DNA of 64,000 nt. It comes from Oopsacas minuta. Lineage: Eukaryota > Animalia > Porifera. This document shows positions 12,951-26,760 of the stretch, piece by piece (position 1 is the first letter of the stretch; every line of letters begins with the position of its first letter). A model generated the notes under the pieces. It was not told the origin of the DNA. It saw nothing but the letters and a program-made list of their open reading frames with translations, and did no database searches. The stretch spans positions 992,001 to 1,056,000 of the forward strand of contig JAKMXF010000222.1 in the NCBI GenBank assembly GCA_024704765.1, given 5' to 3'. A program made the translations under genes and the position numbers.

Positions 12951-15900
12951 TAATTTTGTAGTTGAAATGATATGTCACATTCCTATACAACATATCCGAA
13001 TTACAATATTATGCTTCATACAAGATTGGGATACCATTCTTCAGTAACTAATGCGTTGCCTAGTTACTAGTATTCATTATTTAGACAAGGTACTATTATG
13101 AATATCCTATATGGTCATGAATTATCAAAAATCAAATAAATTTGAATGTTTTTGGAATTTAAATATGGTTTCATAATTTTCAAATGTAACTCATTCTCAA
13201 TATCTATAATGCCAAAAAACTTGCCTTTAGTTAAAACCTCAGTAGCGAAAAATTCAGCGCGACAAAAGGGAAAATTGTGGAAGTTATAGCCTGCTGGAAA
13301 TATTTACCCAAAATTCTCGCAATTATATATAGTAGCTGTTTGCTAATTCGCCGATACATCCCTCAGTGGCTAATATTTTCAAATATCATCAAATCAACTT
13401 TACTATCGGATTCGTACTTAAATTTTCCAGCAATTTGATGGGTCACTTGGCCATAATTGGAGATATGTTTCCCCCATAGCAACGCATGAATGTAACAACA
13501 TTCCATTCTCAAATGTTGTCCCAAGCCCATCGTGTACTCGTTCGACATAACTAGCGGAACTGAGTTCAGTTATACACATAGCCACAAACTAAATTATCTT
13601 GAAAAACTGTTTTTCTATAACGATATCTCCGGTCCCTCAATTATTTGATTTTTCTTACATATTTAATAAGATACACGATGTTATCGTCTGTTTTATTACT
13701 AATATATAGTTATAAATTAATCTAATTAAAGATTTCGGTAACCGGCAAAATAATCATACTAAATGTTGAGAAGAGTTGTTAATTTGAACATTATATCGCC
13801 TAGATTTTATGACTATATTCAAAAGAATATTGCGGAGCCATCAATAATACTATATATGTTCATTTTCAAAATTAATATATGATTATCAGAGATATATGAA
13901 AATGTATTATTAGGGTATGGGAAGTCGGGTATACACTATATATGTTTCAGTTGATATGCGCGTAAGATTGAAGGATGTCAAGTTATGGATGAATATTGGC
14001 CCAAACATGCGACCCATGGTCACTACAACAACTCTGAAACACGCTAACTTAATAATAACAAATTTTTGATATTTGGTGGGAAAGCATAGTTAAATCTCAT
14101 AATATAAATTTTGAAAAGATAACTTTACTAATAAACTCATTACTGCATATCACATTGGAGCATTTCTATGACAAAATTGGCACAAAGCAAGCAGATGACG
14201 TCATTTCGGCCCGGAAATACTTTGTAGATATAGAATTTGTGTACTGTCAAATATTAATAATACATTTATTCGGGAAAAAATAAAACCATTAGAATTTCAT
14301 CACGACAAGTAGAATTTGCTATGCAAATATTGAGGTATATAATCAATCCATGGTTCACATTTCTCAATGACCAACGATTGCTTTAATGTATAGAATGTTA
14401 TGAATAAATCTATCCATGCGTACCATATATATATATATAAAGCCTACATTAGCTGAACCAGGGTTACATAAGCCGATGGAACAAATTTTAAGTGATTTCT
14501 GTAATACAGAAAAATTGCATTTTTGCTCGAATGTATTGTATAGTTACAGAGCAACAAATTATCAATAATAATATGCTAAAGAATTTCAGGAATGTGTCAA
14601 AATTGTGTCTAGTAAGCATCTAAATTCTGAATTATGTCATTCTTTGATACTTATAGAAAGTAAATACAGCGTTAATCATTCGACAGATAATGTATGAAAT
14701 GATCAAAAAATAATTTTATGCAAAATATCAAAAATTTCTAATATAAAAGTAGGCTTGTTATTTAGTTAGAGTAGAGACCAAGGATGAGACATCTATACTA
14801 TTTATAACGCAATTAATTTATCTATCTTTAATGGTGTGTATATATATACGTATATAATTCTTTATATGTACGAATTGAATGAAGTAACTGGAAGAACTCC
14901 AGTGATGATTCTTGACATATTTTGTACTTGGCTCCGAGTTTTGGAAGAAAATTCACACATATGACGAAATTATGACGTCATTATCGCCTCTTTGGAGTAT
15001 GGAAAAATCACATTGTTAGCCACTGTAAAGCAAATATAAATGAATGGTTGATACTTGAATCAAAGGAACTACTCAATGTGACAAATGTCCTAAAGTCATG
15101 ATTTGGACAAATGCAAATTAATTGTGGGATTATTACGTCATCATGACAGGACAAAAAATCAAAATTACCGAATTTCGTTATTTTGAGAATTGGATATACT
15201 CTAGTCAGGGTTGGGGCCAATTACAATTGTTATTAATCAAATTCTAATTAATTGCGTTTTGGGCGTAATTGTAATTGATCTTTATATTACTGCATAACTG
15301 TAATTGGATTTTAATTGAAACATAATCTGTAATTGTATTTGTAATTGAATCACCTAATTGAAATATATTTTACAATTAGGCCTAACTTAGTACTTGTACC
15401 AATGTGTTCATTCTTTTTATAATTTCAAAATAATAATGATTGTAATTATAATAAGAGATCAATTTCCTCGTAATATGCCGAGTATCGAATCTCCCCGGTT
15501 GCGCAGCGGCCCAAAGTATCATGAACTTTGGCTGTTAAATACTTAAGCTAACCTGAGGCACTAAGCTGTTACGCAGCGACGACTAGTGTTTTATCAAATA
15601 TAAAAGTAAGAAGTTTGTGCTTAAGTTCTTGGTGAATCCGGGGCAGTTCACAACTATGAAATTCCATTATATAAATGGGCGTAGGCCCCAGAAACATTGG
15701 TGAGACCATGGCCATACCAATAATTCTACCCTCTCAATAACATTAATAGAAAAATTTTTGTATGGTCGAATGAATCCAGTCATCATGGCTTCGAGGCCCT
15801 ACCAAAACCACGTCCCGAGTCAAAGCACCTGATATAATAGTGCTAATCTACAATATAATTTCTAAATATCTATGTAAATAAAACTGAATATTACCTGCAT

Positions 15901-18900
15901 TATGTTTTCTCAGAAATTATGCGTAAATGTTGGCGAACTAATGGTTCAATACTACAATCATTTCAGATCGCGTATGATTTCCTTGCGGAGGGGAGATATT
16001 CCACATTTCCCCCTAAATCCTCGAAAGGGGTGCCAGTTAATTTACTACCCGGCTAGGGTTATGTGAAATTGAGAAATATCAATTTGGTTTGAGTAACAAA
16101 TTATAGTTTTTAGTAAGATTTATAAAACTGTTGAAATGTGTCTAGAAATATGTGAATTACAAAAACATGAAGAAGAGAAAAAGGGGGTGCGCGCGCACCG
16201 TCATTCACTTACCTGGCTACATCCTTATTAATTTAGGATATAATTCATCCAGTTCCATTCACTCACACTTCCAACATAAAATTTCAATACCTATAACACT
16301 GCGATTATTAATGTATTTTAAAGAAATATATAATATATAACCTCCATCGAATTACACACATTTCGTTATAATCTGAAAAGTGGAAGCAAATCAAACTAGT
16401 GACTGAAGCAACCCTAGTCGAATAGTCTGCCAAAATTACACTCGCAATTATTTCGAGTTTGAGATTATGTCCTATAAATCGAATGAACGTGAAGTTCATT
16501 ATAAAATATTATGTTTGTATTTGAAAATACAAATAAATTATGAAAACAAAATTGAATAATTTGGCACGAACACCTTACGGGACTTACATCACTGAGCGGG
16601 TTATCTAAAGTATTGAGAGTAAAATCCGTTATTTGGGGGCATTCTAAGAAACCAACCAGAGGAGAAGATTCCTGGGGGATAGAAAGAGACTGTCGTGACA
16701 GTGGGATTGTTGAAAAGGATTTTTTATTACATCTTAGACTAGCTTGTCCTGAAACTATACCGGGCACTGTGTCAGTATCAGAGAATAAAATTGATTTAGG
16801 AGAAGGCAGATCTTGAAGAGAAAATTGTTTTTTGCTTCTTAACATTACAGATGACATAAAATACGTACCTATGCAAAGATAAATATATTATAATGTTTAA
16901 AACTACAAGGACAAATTAAGTATTCATATGCGCCGAAAGACTAGGGGCGCGAGTGGTCAGCATGCAATGGGCAGATCAGGCGATATGTATACACTACCTA
17001 TATAGATGCTTTATACATGTTGGTATATCCAGAATTAACGCAGAAACTAGAAGAAACTGAGTTTCCGCATATAGGTGAATTTCTAACCGACTTGGACAAT
17101 TTCAAATCCTGGAAGAAGAATTACACCAATATTAGTAAATTATGACGAAAATTGTCGAAAAGGTAACCTTTGGGAATTATTTTTGTCAAGCCAAAGCATT
17201 CTTTATATTAGGCCTACCATCAGATGGACCAGGGATATGGTAGTGTGCGGTAAATATAATACTAGCACATATGATGGTTTCATTTCGCACAAATAGTACT
17301 TGTATACCAAAATAAAGGTTTTACAGGGTTGCCAGACTTCGGGTTTGGAGCGTTTTGTTCGAAATCAGGGTTTAGGACGAATTTGTCCGGTTTAATAATT
17401 ATAATAATAAAAATAATTTGCACAGAAATAAGTACAATTACAACTATAACTGCCATAAAGGCTTAGTGACCTCAGAACTACAGTTAAAAACAAACAGTTC
17501 CGTACATAAGAGATATATATACTACTTGAAAAAGTAAATATATAAATTCCTAAGTTTGGATTAAACATCTAACTAAGAAAAGCTGACTGACAAATAAAAT
17601 GAACAAGACTAGAACTGAAAAAAAGGAGATATTTAAGGTAAGGGGACACAATACACGTCAACCTTTTCACAATAACACTGTTAAATTGCGCTTGTCATTC
17701 CGAAACAAATCAAGCTTCCCTTTGAATGTAGACAACGATGCAGCTGAGACAACACTATCAGGAAGTTCATTCCATAGCTTTACGACTTTCTCAGTAAAAA
17801 AATTTTCCCTGATTTCAACACAGGTGGGTGGTCAACAGGAAGTTAGAAATACAAGGTGTGACATCGACATCTATTTAGTCTATGCATGACTAGAGGGTAC
17901 TTAAAACTAATACTGGATACTCCATTAAAATCATGTAGAACGTTAATTTGATCAAGATATATTATTCATAAGTCTAGTAATTAATATTTATTTAGGAAAT
18001 CTGCACAAATTCTTCACCTTAACGATACTCCCATGACAAAAATTCATGTACTGTTAAGTTAAGCCTGCCATACATGATGCAACAAGGCGCCATATACAGT
18101 AAACAATGTTGACTATATGAAGTAATTTCTTGCAACATTCTTCCATGCAACAGTTGCAGTGCGTACGTGTATGGTGAGCTTTACACAAATGATATTAACA
18201 TGAAATTGTCTTATTTGGTATGGGAGATTTTGTCTGGAATATTGTGTTTGTACGTTTATATTTTCAATAGTCAGTGCTCTTACTATACAATATTGTACCA
18301 GCCCTATTAATTGCTGCAGGAGAGTCAGATTTCACCAGAAACAACTTTTGTTAAATGTACAAATCTCGGATCGAAAAATTGTTCGATTGGATTGGATTTG
18401 ATTGGAAACCCTGAAATTAATCCTCATCTCGGAATTGCGAAACTAGAATTCAATATAGGATTCCATAAATCTCTTGGAAAACGTACAGGAAAATTTGAAA
18501 TACCAAGGAAATATACGACATAGTTATGCTTGTATGCAATTGTTATCAATCTGTGATTTATGTAGGGTTACAATGCATGTATGTATTATCAGTTGATTCA
18601 GCTTCGGAATTTGCAGGTAGGTATTCATTATTGGTATTAATTCAAGACATAAAGGAATGTGTTATGTGTCTAGTCTAAGTGGTTTCAGATTTAATCACAC
18701 TTATTGTACTTTTAAGATTCAAGCATGTCATTTGCTTAATTATATGAAGGTATATAAGTCAATAAATAGTAATTTCTTAGTATTGTAGAAGATATTTCAT
18801 TCACACAGTTCGCTACATAGTACGAACTTATATATTTCAATGGCTCACTTCAACCCTATTATGATTCCTACAGTTCTACCCAGCATTGGTGTAATGACAC

Positions 18901-19846
18901 TGAAAGTATTTTATCGGCCAATTGTTGTTGATACTGACACTAATAATACTTAGTTTCAAGATAACGGCTTGTTGTCAAGAGAATGTTCTGCAAGTGTTGC
19001 TTAGTGATAGTGCCAGGAAAATTTTTGGTGTGGCAGAAGGCCGAATTTGGAGGTCCTGAGAGGAAATGTCAAAGGTTGTATCTCTTAGACTAGGTTCCTT
19101 CTTCGAAGCCACTAATTTGCCACTAATTGATGTTGGAATGTATAAATCTTTGGGCAAAGGATGGCCCCCTCCTGAGATTTTATAATGAATTCAGAGTTTT
19201 TCATTATCCAATCTGATTAGATTGATGTCACAACTGGAGTTATTTTATTTTATTTTTGTAACTATTAAATCTGCTATGATTAATTTATAACCAGAATATT
19301 TATATATATTTTGAATGATTATCATTCTAAGATAAATTAACTTATTTGTTCCTCCATATGTGGTAGAAATAGCTGTAGTTCTCTATTTCAGCGCGTAACA
19401 TTCAAAAATTTTCTAGGGTGGAAGCCCCAGACATCCCTTAGCGATGCCTCACTACCCTCGCAAATTGGCCCCCTCCCCCCTGAGATTATATCCTGTATCC
19501 GCCCCTGACCTCACATGTATAGTAATAATATGCTACTAACAACAAAGCTTGTTAAAGCTAACGGCGATAGTACATACCTAACTATCTTAGCAACGATTTA
19601 TACTTTGTATATACTGTATGACGTATGTAGTTAATCATCAATTTGATTTGTTTCTTATATTAGAACTGTCTATGCAATTATTATAAGTATCATTGTTTCT
19701 AACAATTTATTTGGCTGTCTAACTTTGATGGCCTGGAGGGAAATATTTTAGTTCTAATATAGTGTTTGGAGTGCTGCATCGACCAGGTGACAAAAGAGGA
19801 CGATAATTTATTGTTAATCGCTTATAATGGTTACATTTTGAAATTA

Positions 19847-21156
19847 CAGGGTGCGGCAAAAGTTCTGTCCCAAACCTAATTTGAAATATCTCATAAACCC
19901 ATTAACAGATCTAGCTAATTCTTTGCTAGATCATTTATTACTTATGTTGAATTTAAAATAAGATATCAATGTTCAATATAGTCACCTTTCTTACTTACCA
20001 CAGCTTGGAGTCTAGTCCTAAATTGGTATACGGCGCGCCGGAAGTGATCCTGAGGTATTTTCAGCCATTCTTGCTGCAAGCAAGCCTTGAGAGAGCTAAT
20101 ATTTGTGTGAGAACTTGCGCATACCTACTGCTCCAAGATGGACCAAACAGAATAGTCCATAGGATTTAAGTCCGGACTGGAGGGTGGCCATTGCTCTTTA
20201 GAAATGAAGTATATTTTTTGATCTCGGAACCACTGTTGGGTAGCGTTAGCTGCATGAGCTGGAGCTCCATCCTGCTAGAAGGTCCAACTCGTATTTCCAA
20301 AGTTCTTACAACCGAAACCCTCACTTCAGCATCCAGAATGAGTTCACGATAGGTTTTCGAATTGATTTTCATACCAGACGGAACAAAAATAAGATTAGTC
20401 CGGGAGTTTGCGGAGATTCCCCCCCATACCATGACCGAAGCTGGCTTTTGCCTTCTCGGTATGAATCGAAGTTGTTCTGGGATGTCTTGGACGCTGCTTG
20501 AGATGATACGATCATTCTGAGTGTTGGAAACCTCTTGAATCGTGAACAATTTCTCATCGGAGAACAATATTTTGTTCACGACTGATTGGCCGGCACGCGA
20601 TAACAGACATCGACTTCTTTGCAGCCGCTTTTCTCTAATGGCCTTTGTAACCATGTGAACTTTCCTGCGCTTGAGAGACTTTAACCCTAGGTCATCGTGC
20701 ACTACGTGTCCAATAGATCTAGAGCTTATTCCAAATTCACGAGACATTTTCCGCATGGAACGCCGGGGATTTCGGATGATTCTTTTCTTTATCTTCGCCT
20801 TTAGTTCTCGTGTCCTTACATTACGCGGACGGCCACTCCGAGCTCTGTCTTTCAAGCTTCCAGTCTCCTTGTATCTCTGGATAGTACGATATATCAACTT
20901 TCTACCCACGTTCTTGCTCTGAAGAATTTTCAAAATCTCGCCTGGGGACTTCTCTGCACGAAATAATTCTAAAATTTGTGACCTTTTGGCTTCCATGTCT
21001 CTAATTAGAAATATTTGTTAGTAATAGAGAGAATGCTTTAGTATTTCAGTAAACATACATCAATATAGATTATGGGCCTATAAGGTTTCAATTATTCCAC
21101 TATAGCTATGTATAATTGATTGTCAAACTATGAGACAGAACTTTTGCCGCACCCTG
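19847..21156 (-). mobile_element. Complete Tc1/mariner element of the maT (DD37D) family
   Basis: Perfect 23-bp TIRs CAGGGTGCGGCAAAAGTTCTGTC, TA on both sides (19845-6, 21157-8), 1310 bp. Confidence 0.95.
19966..20996 (-). pseudogene. maT DD37D transposase with one frameshift (~20325) and two TAG stops
   Basis: RSGRPR HTH linker, ILFSDEKLF, then in the shifted frame WTF*QDGAPAH...WPPSSPDLNPMD with exactly 37 residues between the second and third D. Confidence 0.9.
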
Positions 21157-21529
21157 TATACACCAATTTTCAGATGTGCACCAGGGCGCACTAATATATT
21201 TTCAAGTATATCAATGCTTGAACCGGACAAAAAATCGGAAAAATCAAATTTTAGAATTATTTTGAAATTCCAGTAAATTCTATATTTTCTTGTCCTTATG
21301 TAAATTTAGATGATACACGAAATAATTTTAATCTTTTTATGTCTAATAATAGCTTCTAGTGAAGTAATGGCCTCTGTTGTGACCAACAATGAGGTATATA
21401 TTATCTATATTTCAAAGGGAAAAAGTCGTAAAGCAAATGTTTAGTTTCTTATTGATAGTGAGAATATTTCTCATGAAGAACATGATAATATTCTATATAT
21501 ATTCTTTGAGAGAGGTGTAGTTTCAGTGT

Positions 21530-22499
21530 GGGTATTCCTTCAACTCATGACGGTAGGTAAACTACTGGGCACATTGCACTTGATTGCTTTTTGGATAAGC
21601 GAGACTTTTATATAGGCGACTTCTTCGATTAATCCATCTGATAAGCCCTTTTGAGTGAAGATCCAGACAAATCTATACGTGGTATTACGACTTGTGAACA
21701 GCGGTAACTTAATCAATTGTAGCAAAATGGAAGAATTATTTAAAGAGACGTATGAATACATCTTAGTTCAGTTTCCATGGGTGAACATCACCCCCTGTTT
21801 ACACAAGCTAATTTCACATTCTTTCAAGATAATTGGAGACTATGATAAGGGTAGAGGATTGCAGAATCTATCAGAAGAATGTTCTGAAGCTGGTAATAAG
21901 TTGGTGAGGCGGTATCGGGAAAATCTTGTCAGAAATCATCATTCTCTGAAAATGTACGAGTTATTCTAGTTCGCCCTTTGCGTTGTAGTGATCCCCTATT
22001 AGTGCAGAATCATTTTACATCTACAAAGACGAGGAATTCTGGTGCAAAAGATCGAAATAGCCCCCAAGATATCGTATATAATAGCATAGTACTGAAGAAT
22101 GATAATGAATTAAAGAAAATTAGAAATTAAGTTTAGATATTTAGTAACAGTTTTTCCACAAGGTATAATGCCTCAAATATGTAGTAGAGTGAAAAAATAC
22201 ATCCCTGTTTCATTATTGTATAATAGCTATGTACATATATGCTATAATCCATCTATTAGGAAACTTGACTTGATACCATAAATCAATATTAGAATAACAA
22301 ATAATATTATTGAACCATGAATGTTAAAAATAATAAAATCACCGAAATGACGTCATATTCCCAATAGTGGTAATGCTACGGAAAATTTAAATGAAATTTG
22401 TGAAATTTACGATGTCGATTTACTATACAGACCACATAAAACATGCCCAGGTGTAATAGTTACCCTAATACGCCATTATGGCGATTTTGGCATACTATG
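21530..22499 (+). pseudogene. C-terminal fragment of a second, divergent Transib/RAG1-like transposase (lineage B), with possible 3' end at 22499
   Basis: PST..G.*TTGHIA.DCF, then FPWVNITPCLHKLISH..GLQNLSEECSEAGNKLVRRYRENL (ORF 21655-21969), homologous to the 22948-23892 protein. Possible end CATAGTATGCCAAAAT (minus strand) at 22499. Confidence 0.75.
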
Positions 22500-22660
22500 C
22501 GTGTGCTGGAATTGGGTATTTTGTAAACGCTCTGACATTCCACTAGGTACTGATGTTTTCTACAAAAATTCTTTTGAAAACATTTGCTCAGATATTAATA
22601 TGAACCCTTCCGCCAAGTATCAAAAGTAAACTTCAATTTCACGAACTTTTGGAATTGTTG

Positions 22661-25600
22661 CACAGTGGCACGAAATGGCTAAAACCTGGAAGTAGGTATT
22701 AGGGTACTGGACAACGTATTAAACTATAGTATTGACATATATGGAATTGTACCCAAGGAATGGATTGACGTAATTAGATTTTTTCTAGGTCTTTGGGTGT
22801 GAAAGTAATGACGTTAAGGTCACATTCAAAAATATTTTGATTTTTTTATCGATTTTAATTAAGCCAATTTGTGAGCTATAGGTTCAGAAATTGAATGTTT
22901 TATGTTTTGATATTATTAACACTATTTAATGTACATTGAACTACAAACTATAACGAACATAGAATTAGAGAATTCACCAAAGTATCTTGACAGCTCTTTA
23001 GCTCAGAAAGATCTGGCTCCGAATCGTTTTGGGTAATATTCCTAAATGATGATAATATTGGATCACTTTGAGAGATAAGCCTGGCGAACACATCTTTAAC
23101 GTTGTCCTCAAAGCTAAATTTTCTTGAGAGTCTCTCACGGTATCGCCTGACCAATTTATTACAAGATTCAAGGCCTTCTTCAGACAAATCTTCTAAGCCA
23201 AACCCATCGTAATGATCTGCAATTATTTGTGGTGCATGGGCTAGAAGTTTATGTAAAGTAGGGGTTACATGTGCCCATGAAAAATTGGTTAAAATGGATT
23301 CGTAAGTCTCTCGGCATAAATTATCAAGGCCTTCAGTATCCACTTTCCTGTTGCTATTATACAATCTCTGGATAGCACTCAAATTATTAAAGATTGTAGT
23401 GACAACTTGATGTGTCTCTTGAGGAACAACCGTCAATACCCAATAGAGAAAATCTTCCACAGTATCATCGCTACGTGTGAAGCATCTCCGAACAACATTT
23501 CCGGTTGTGGTGGTTCCTCCTTGGACTGATGGTGTGTCAATTGATATACTAAGTTTTTCTTCAATAAGGCTAGTAATAAATTTCTTGACCCCAAGAATTA
23601 TTGGCGAAGTTGGTGACCATTTTTGGATAGCACCACACTGTAAATGGCAAATCAATAATAGGAACCAACTAATTGTTCTCAAATATGTATGTAGAAGGGA
23701 AGCTGACATGATATCTTTTTCTGAGATCGGTTTGTGTGTTAAATTGAATCTTTGATTTGTTGGCAAAGATAAAAATTCTTCCTCATCAACCTCATCAAAT
23801 ACATCACGTGCATCACGGATAGTTCTATTTATGGGAAAGACATTTTGAACTATGCTAATATCGTGTATCTGTTGGAACGTAGCAGTACACATTTGACAAT
23901 TAGCACCACCAGCACCGCTTCAGATTTTTCCATCTTTATATCGAAATGAAATCTTATGATCTTGACCTCTGCATTGCTATTGTGTAAACACAACCACTCT
24001 CTTCAATGGTTAAAGTTTCGTTATTTATTAATGAGTCCATCAAAAACTTGACACTCTCTTCATTTTCTGGAAGGGCTAAAAGGGTAACTGGTCCAGTGCA
24101 AAATGGCGAATTCGGATGATGAGGTTTCCATAGGATATGATCATTTGCATTTATGATTGCGTTAACCTTGAAACCAAATAAAATGATGGTTTTGGTCGAG
24201 AGGTCAGGGTTAGATATAGCTTGCTGGTAAACTCGATGACACCCAGATCCATCTAAGCCATCGGATACTCGAACTTTAAGCGGATATACGAGGGTATCAG
24301 GACTTAAGTTAGATACAATTCGTTCAACTATATGGCTGAGTAGTCTGATGTAAGAAATACCTACTCCACATGGAAATTCTCCATGAATTATACGCACCTC
24401 CTCCAGCAAATTAATTTGAGCCCGATGTTTAGCCACACTATTGTAGCCTGGTAACTTGAGGTCTTCAGATATTAATGTACGCCGAAGTTCTAAGTACTTA
24501 GTTTTACGGATCTCAAGCGAATCGAAAAGAAAGGCAGATTTATCAAGTGATAATTGTGGATAGATAGGAGATGAGTTTCCCTTCTCGAGTATCTCTTTAC
24601 AAACATTGCCACTATTCATGTCCTGCTCCCCATTGCAACAAAGTGGTAAGAGATACGTTGCAAGTCTTTGGAGATACATGCTCGTTTTCAGCGACTGACT
24701 CGATGTGAGACTAAAGAGAAGAGGGCCGATTTCTCAAACCTTTGGTCGTTAAGTCAGCGAGGGATTTCTTTTTTGAAAGATTAAAGTCTTCTTCAAAGTT
24801 AATGGTTAATGAAGAAGAGGCACTTAACCTAGGCTTCTTTGGCAGAGGACAGAAGCACATGGAATTCCAAGTATCAAGGTCCGAAAATTTATGAAAAGAG
24901 GCTCTATCTTTTTGAATATCATTGAACTTCAGACGAAAGAAATTTTGCTGATCTCGATCAAAACCATGAGTTGAAATAAATTGGTCTGCGATTGAACGGT
25001 GCTAAGTAATTTATGCTCACAATAAAACTGAAAAGCTTGAAGGTTGTTCACTTTCTAGATAATTAATATATTATTTATTAACAATATTGTAAATACAGGG
25101 CAAAAAGTAAGATTATATATATTTTTTGCATGTTTGTTTTATAAGCTTATAAAATACATATTCTGAAATCTAAGAATTAAGGAACTTTTGACGAAACTTT
25201 TTCTCACAGTAGAAGAGTGTTGATTTTTTAATGGAATCTTTGTAAAAATACGTGATGGGAACATTTATTTATATTAATTACAAGCTGAATTTTGTAAACA
25301 CGAACATAAAATGTAAATAACTTTCCGTTTTGATTATATCGCTAATCAACCATAATATTTATATTAATTTTGAAAGAGAATTTTTAAAATATTAGATAAA
25401 TTAAAAAGTTCATGTGATTGAAACTAAATTTGTGCGAATTTTGGGAACCTGGAAATTGTTGTATTTATAGAGAATTAAAAATGCCATATTATAAAACTAC
25501 GGAGGCAACTTGACAGAACGCAACAGATGAAGTTATGAGACTTCGAAGTTGAGTGACGACAGAAATATCTAACAGAAAAATTTATCAAAATATTTGAGCT

Positions 25601-25937
25601 ATTTTAAGGATTTATTATTTGAACTCCGCTTATATAATCACTATAATAAGAGAGTAGTCGAAAATGCAATGGAATGAAGTCTTTGGAATGTATTAGTTGC
25701 TTAGATACTGGAATTTAAGTTCATTGATATAAATGAATATCTGTGGTTTTCAAGAATAATTTCTGAGCAAGAAATTGTAATGCTTATATACATTCCAGTT
25801 GTTCCTAAACTAAATGATGGATCATAACAATTTTAGATATTTCAAGTAATTGGATATTTCTCTTTCCAATGAACTTTAAATGGCAACTAAATATCGGATT
25901 GAAATTTTGACCAATTTCCAGGGGGTGTGCTGCTGTG
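22661..25937 (-). mobile_element. Full-length Transib/RAG1-like transposon, copy A (3277 bp)
   Basis: Left end CACAGTGGCACGAAATGGCTAAAACC. Right end (minus strand) CACAGCAGCACACCCCCTGGAAATTGGTCAAAATTT. Exact 5-bp TSD TGTTG at 22656-22660 and 25938-25942. Confidence 0.92.
22948..24925 (-). pseudogene. Transib/RAG1-core-like DDE transposase, frameshifted
   Basis: SDGLDGSG (RAG1 D600 motif), PNSPFCTGPVTLL (cf. RAG1 PNSELCCKPLCLM), FDIKM..SGAGGANCQMC (D708 plus CxxC, in alternative frames between the two ORFs), GTTTTGNVVRRCF, TPTLHKLLAH (Zn-binding His pair), LSEEGLESCNK (E962), SQSDPILSSFR. Confidence 0.9.
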
Positions 25938-26229
25938 TGTTGTACATGGAAGTTGTGAGCACTGGTCAACACGCTCGGTCCAGATTTTATCTTTATGTTA
26001 TGTGGTAACCAGCTGGCGCGGTGGAGGCTCGCGAGAGGCCGGACTACCTTGAATTGTGATGATAGCAGTGTAAATAAAGTTATTAGACAGAATTGAGAAC
26101 ACCTCAAATATATATTATGATTATGAATGGAGTCTTAAATTTTGAGAAAAACCTCCTAGAGATTACATTTATTCTCAATGCAATCAAAGTTGAGATACAT
26201 AACTATACATCAGGGTAAATACATAACTA

Positions 26230-26760
26230 TAAATCAAAAACAATATCACTAACAAATATAGTAACTAAATTATATATATCCGAACTAATTACTGATAAAT
26301 GAGGATATAGGCGATAAGTGGTGAGAGTACGAGATCCTGCGGCGATATGCATCCTATACGAGGGGTATTTCACTTTGATAGCGTTATATTGGTCATTGGG
26401 GGATCTATTCGAATGAATGAGGTAATGGGTTGCTGCATTATGGAGCTTAGCATCTTTAACCTCCAATTGTGGTTAATCGGGATCACAAAGGGCATTCCAT
26501 TGATGGAGAGGAATTGCCCCCGCCAATTCATCAAATATGATGGCTCCTCAAAAGAATAGAATAAAATCATCGCGAAGCATGCACGCCAAATTTTAAGTAC
26601 CAAAAGATTCACATAAAAGTGGGGCCGTCCCACTAGTACTTCCAGAAAAACGGGCATCAATGCTAGTGTCGTCCGGCATGAGGTGGGTACTTTGTAGAAT
26701 GCTTTATGATCCGACTGTTACTGATGATTACCTGTAGAATTTCTTTGCAAAAGGGTCAAA
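26230..26760 (-). pseudogene. Putative endogenous viral element: decayed SF3 helicase domain of a CRESS-DNA virus-like Rep
   Basis: One minus frame reads FSGSTSGT...GAIIFDELAGAIPLHQWNALCDPD*PQLEVKDAKLHNAATHYLIHSNRSPNDQY. This parallels circovirus-type Rep motifs (Walker B, B' and C: VVIDDFYGWLP..LLRLCDRYP..VETKG...ILITSN.P..WY). Several in-frame stops; Walker A is damaged. Confidence 0.55.

Noticed and set aside
16465-16857. 130-aa Ser/Pro-rich minus-strand ORF with nearby splice-like sites (e.g. CAG|GTAAGT at ~16210)
   Set aside because: It could be a host exon, but I recognised no domain and the neighbouring candidate exons have stops in all frames. It needs RNA-seq.
23477-23755. Antisense ORFs over transposases and TOP1 (also 36484-36762, 20671-20922, 54040-54261, 54495-54788)
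   Set aside because: These are opposite-strand or alternative-frame by-products of genuine coding sequence.
26370-26660. Track ORF MMPVFLEVLVGRPHF...
   Set aside because: It overlaps the Rep-like signal in a different frame and has no motifs of its own; probably a shadow ORF.
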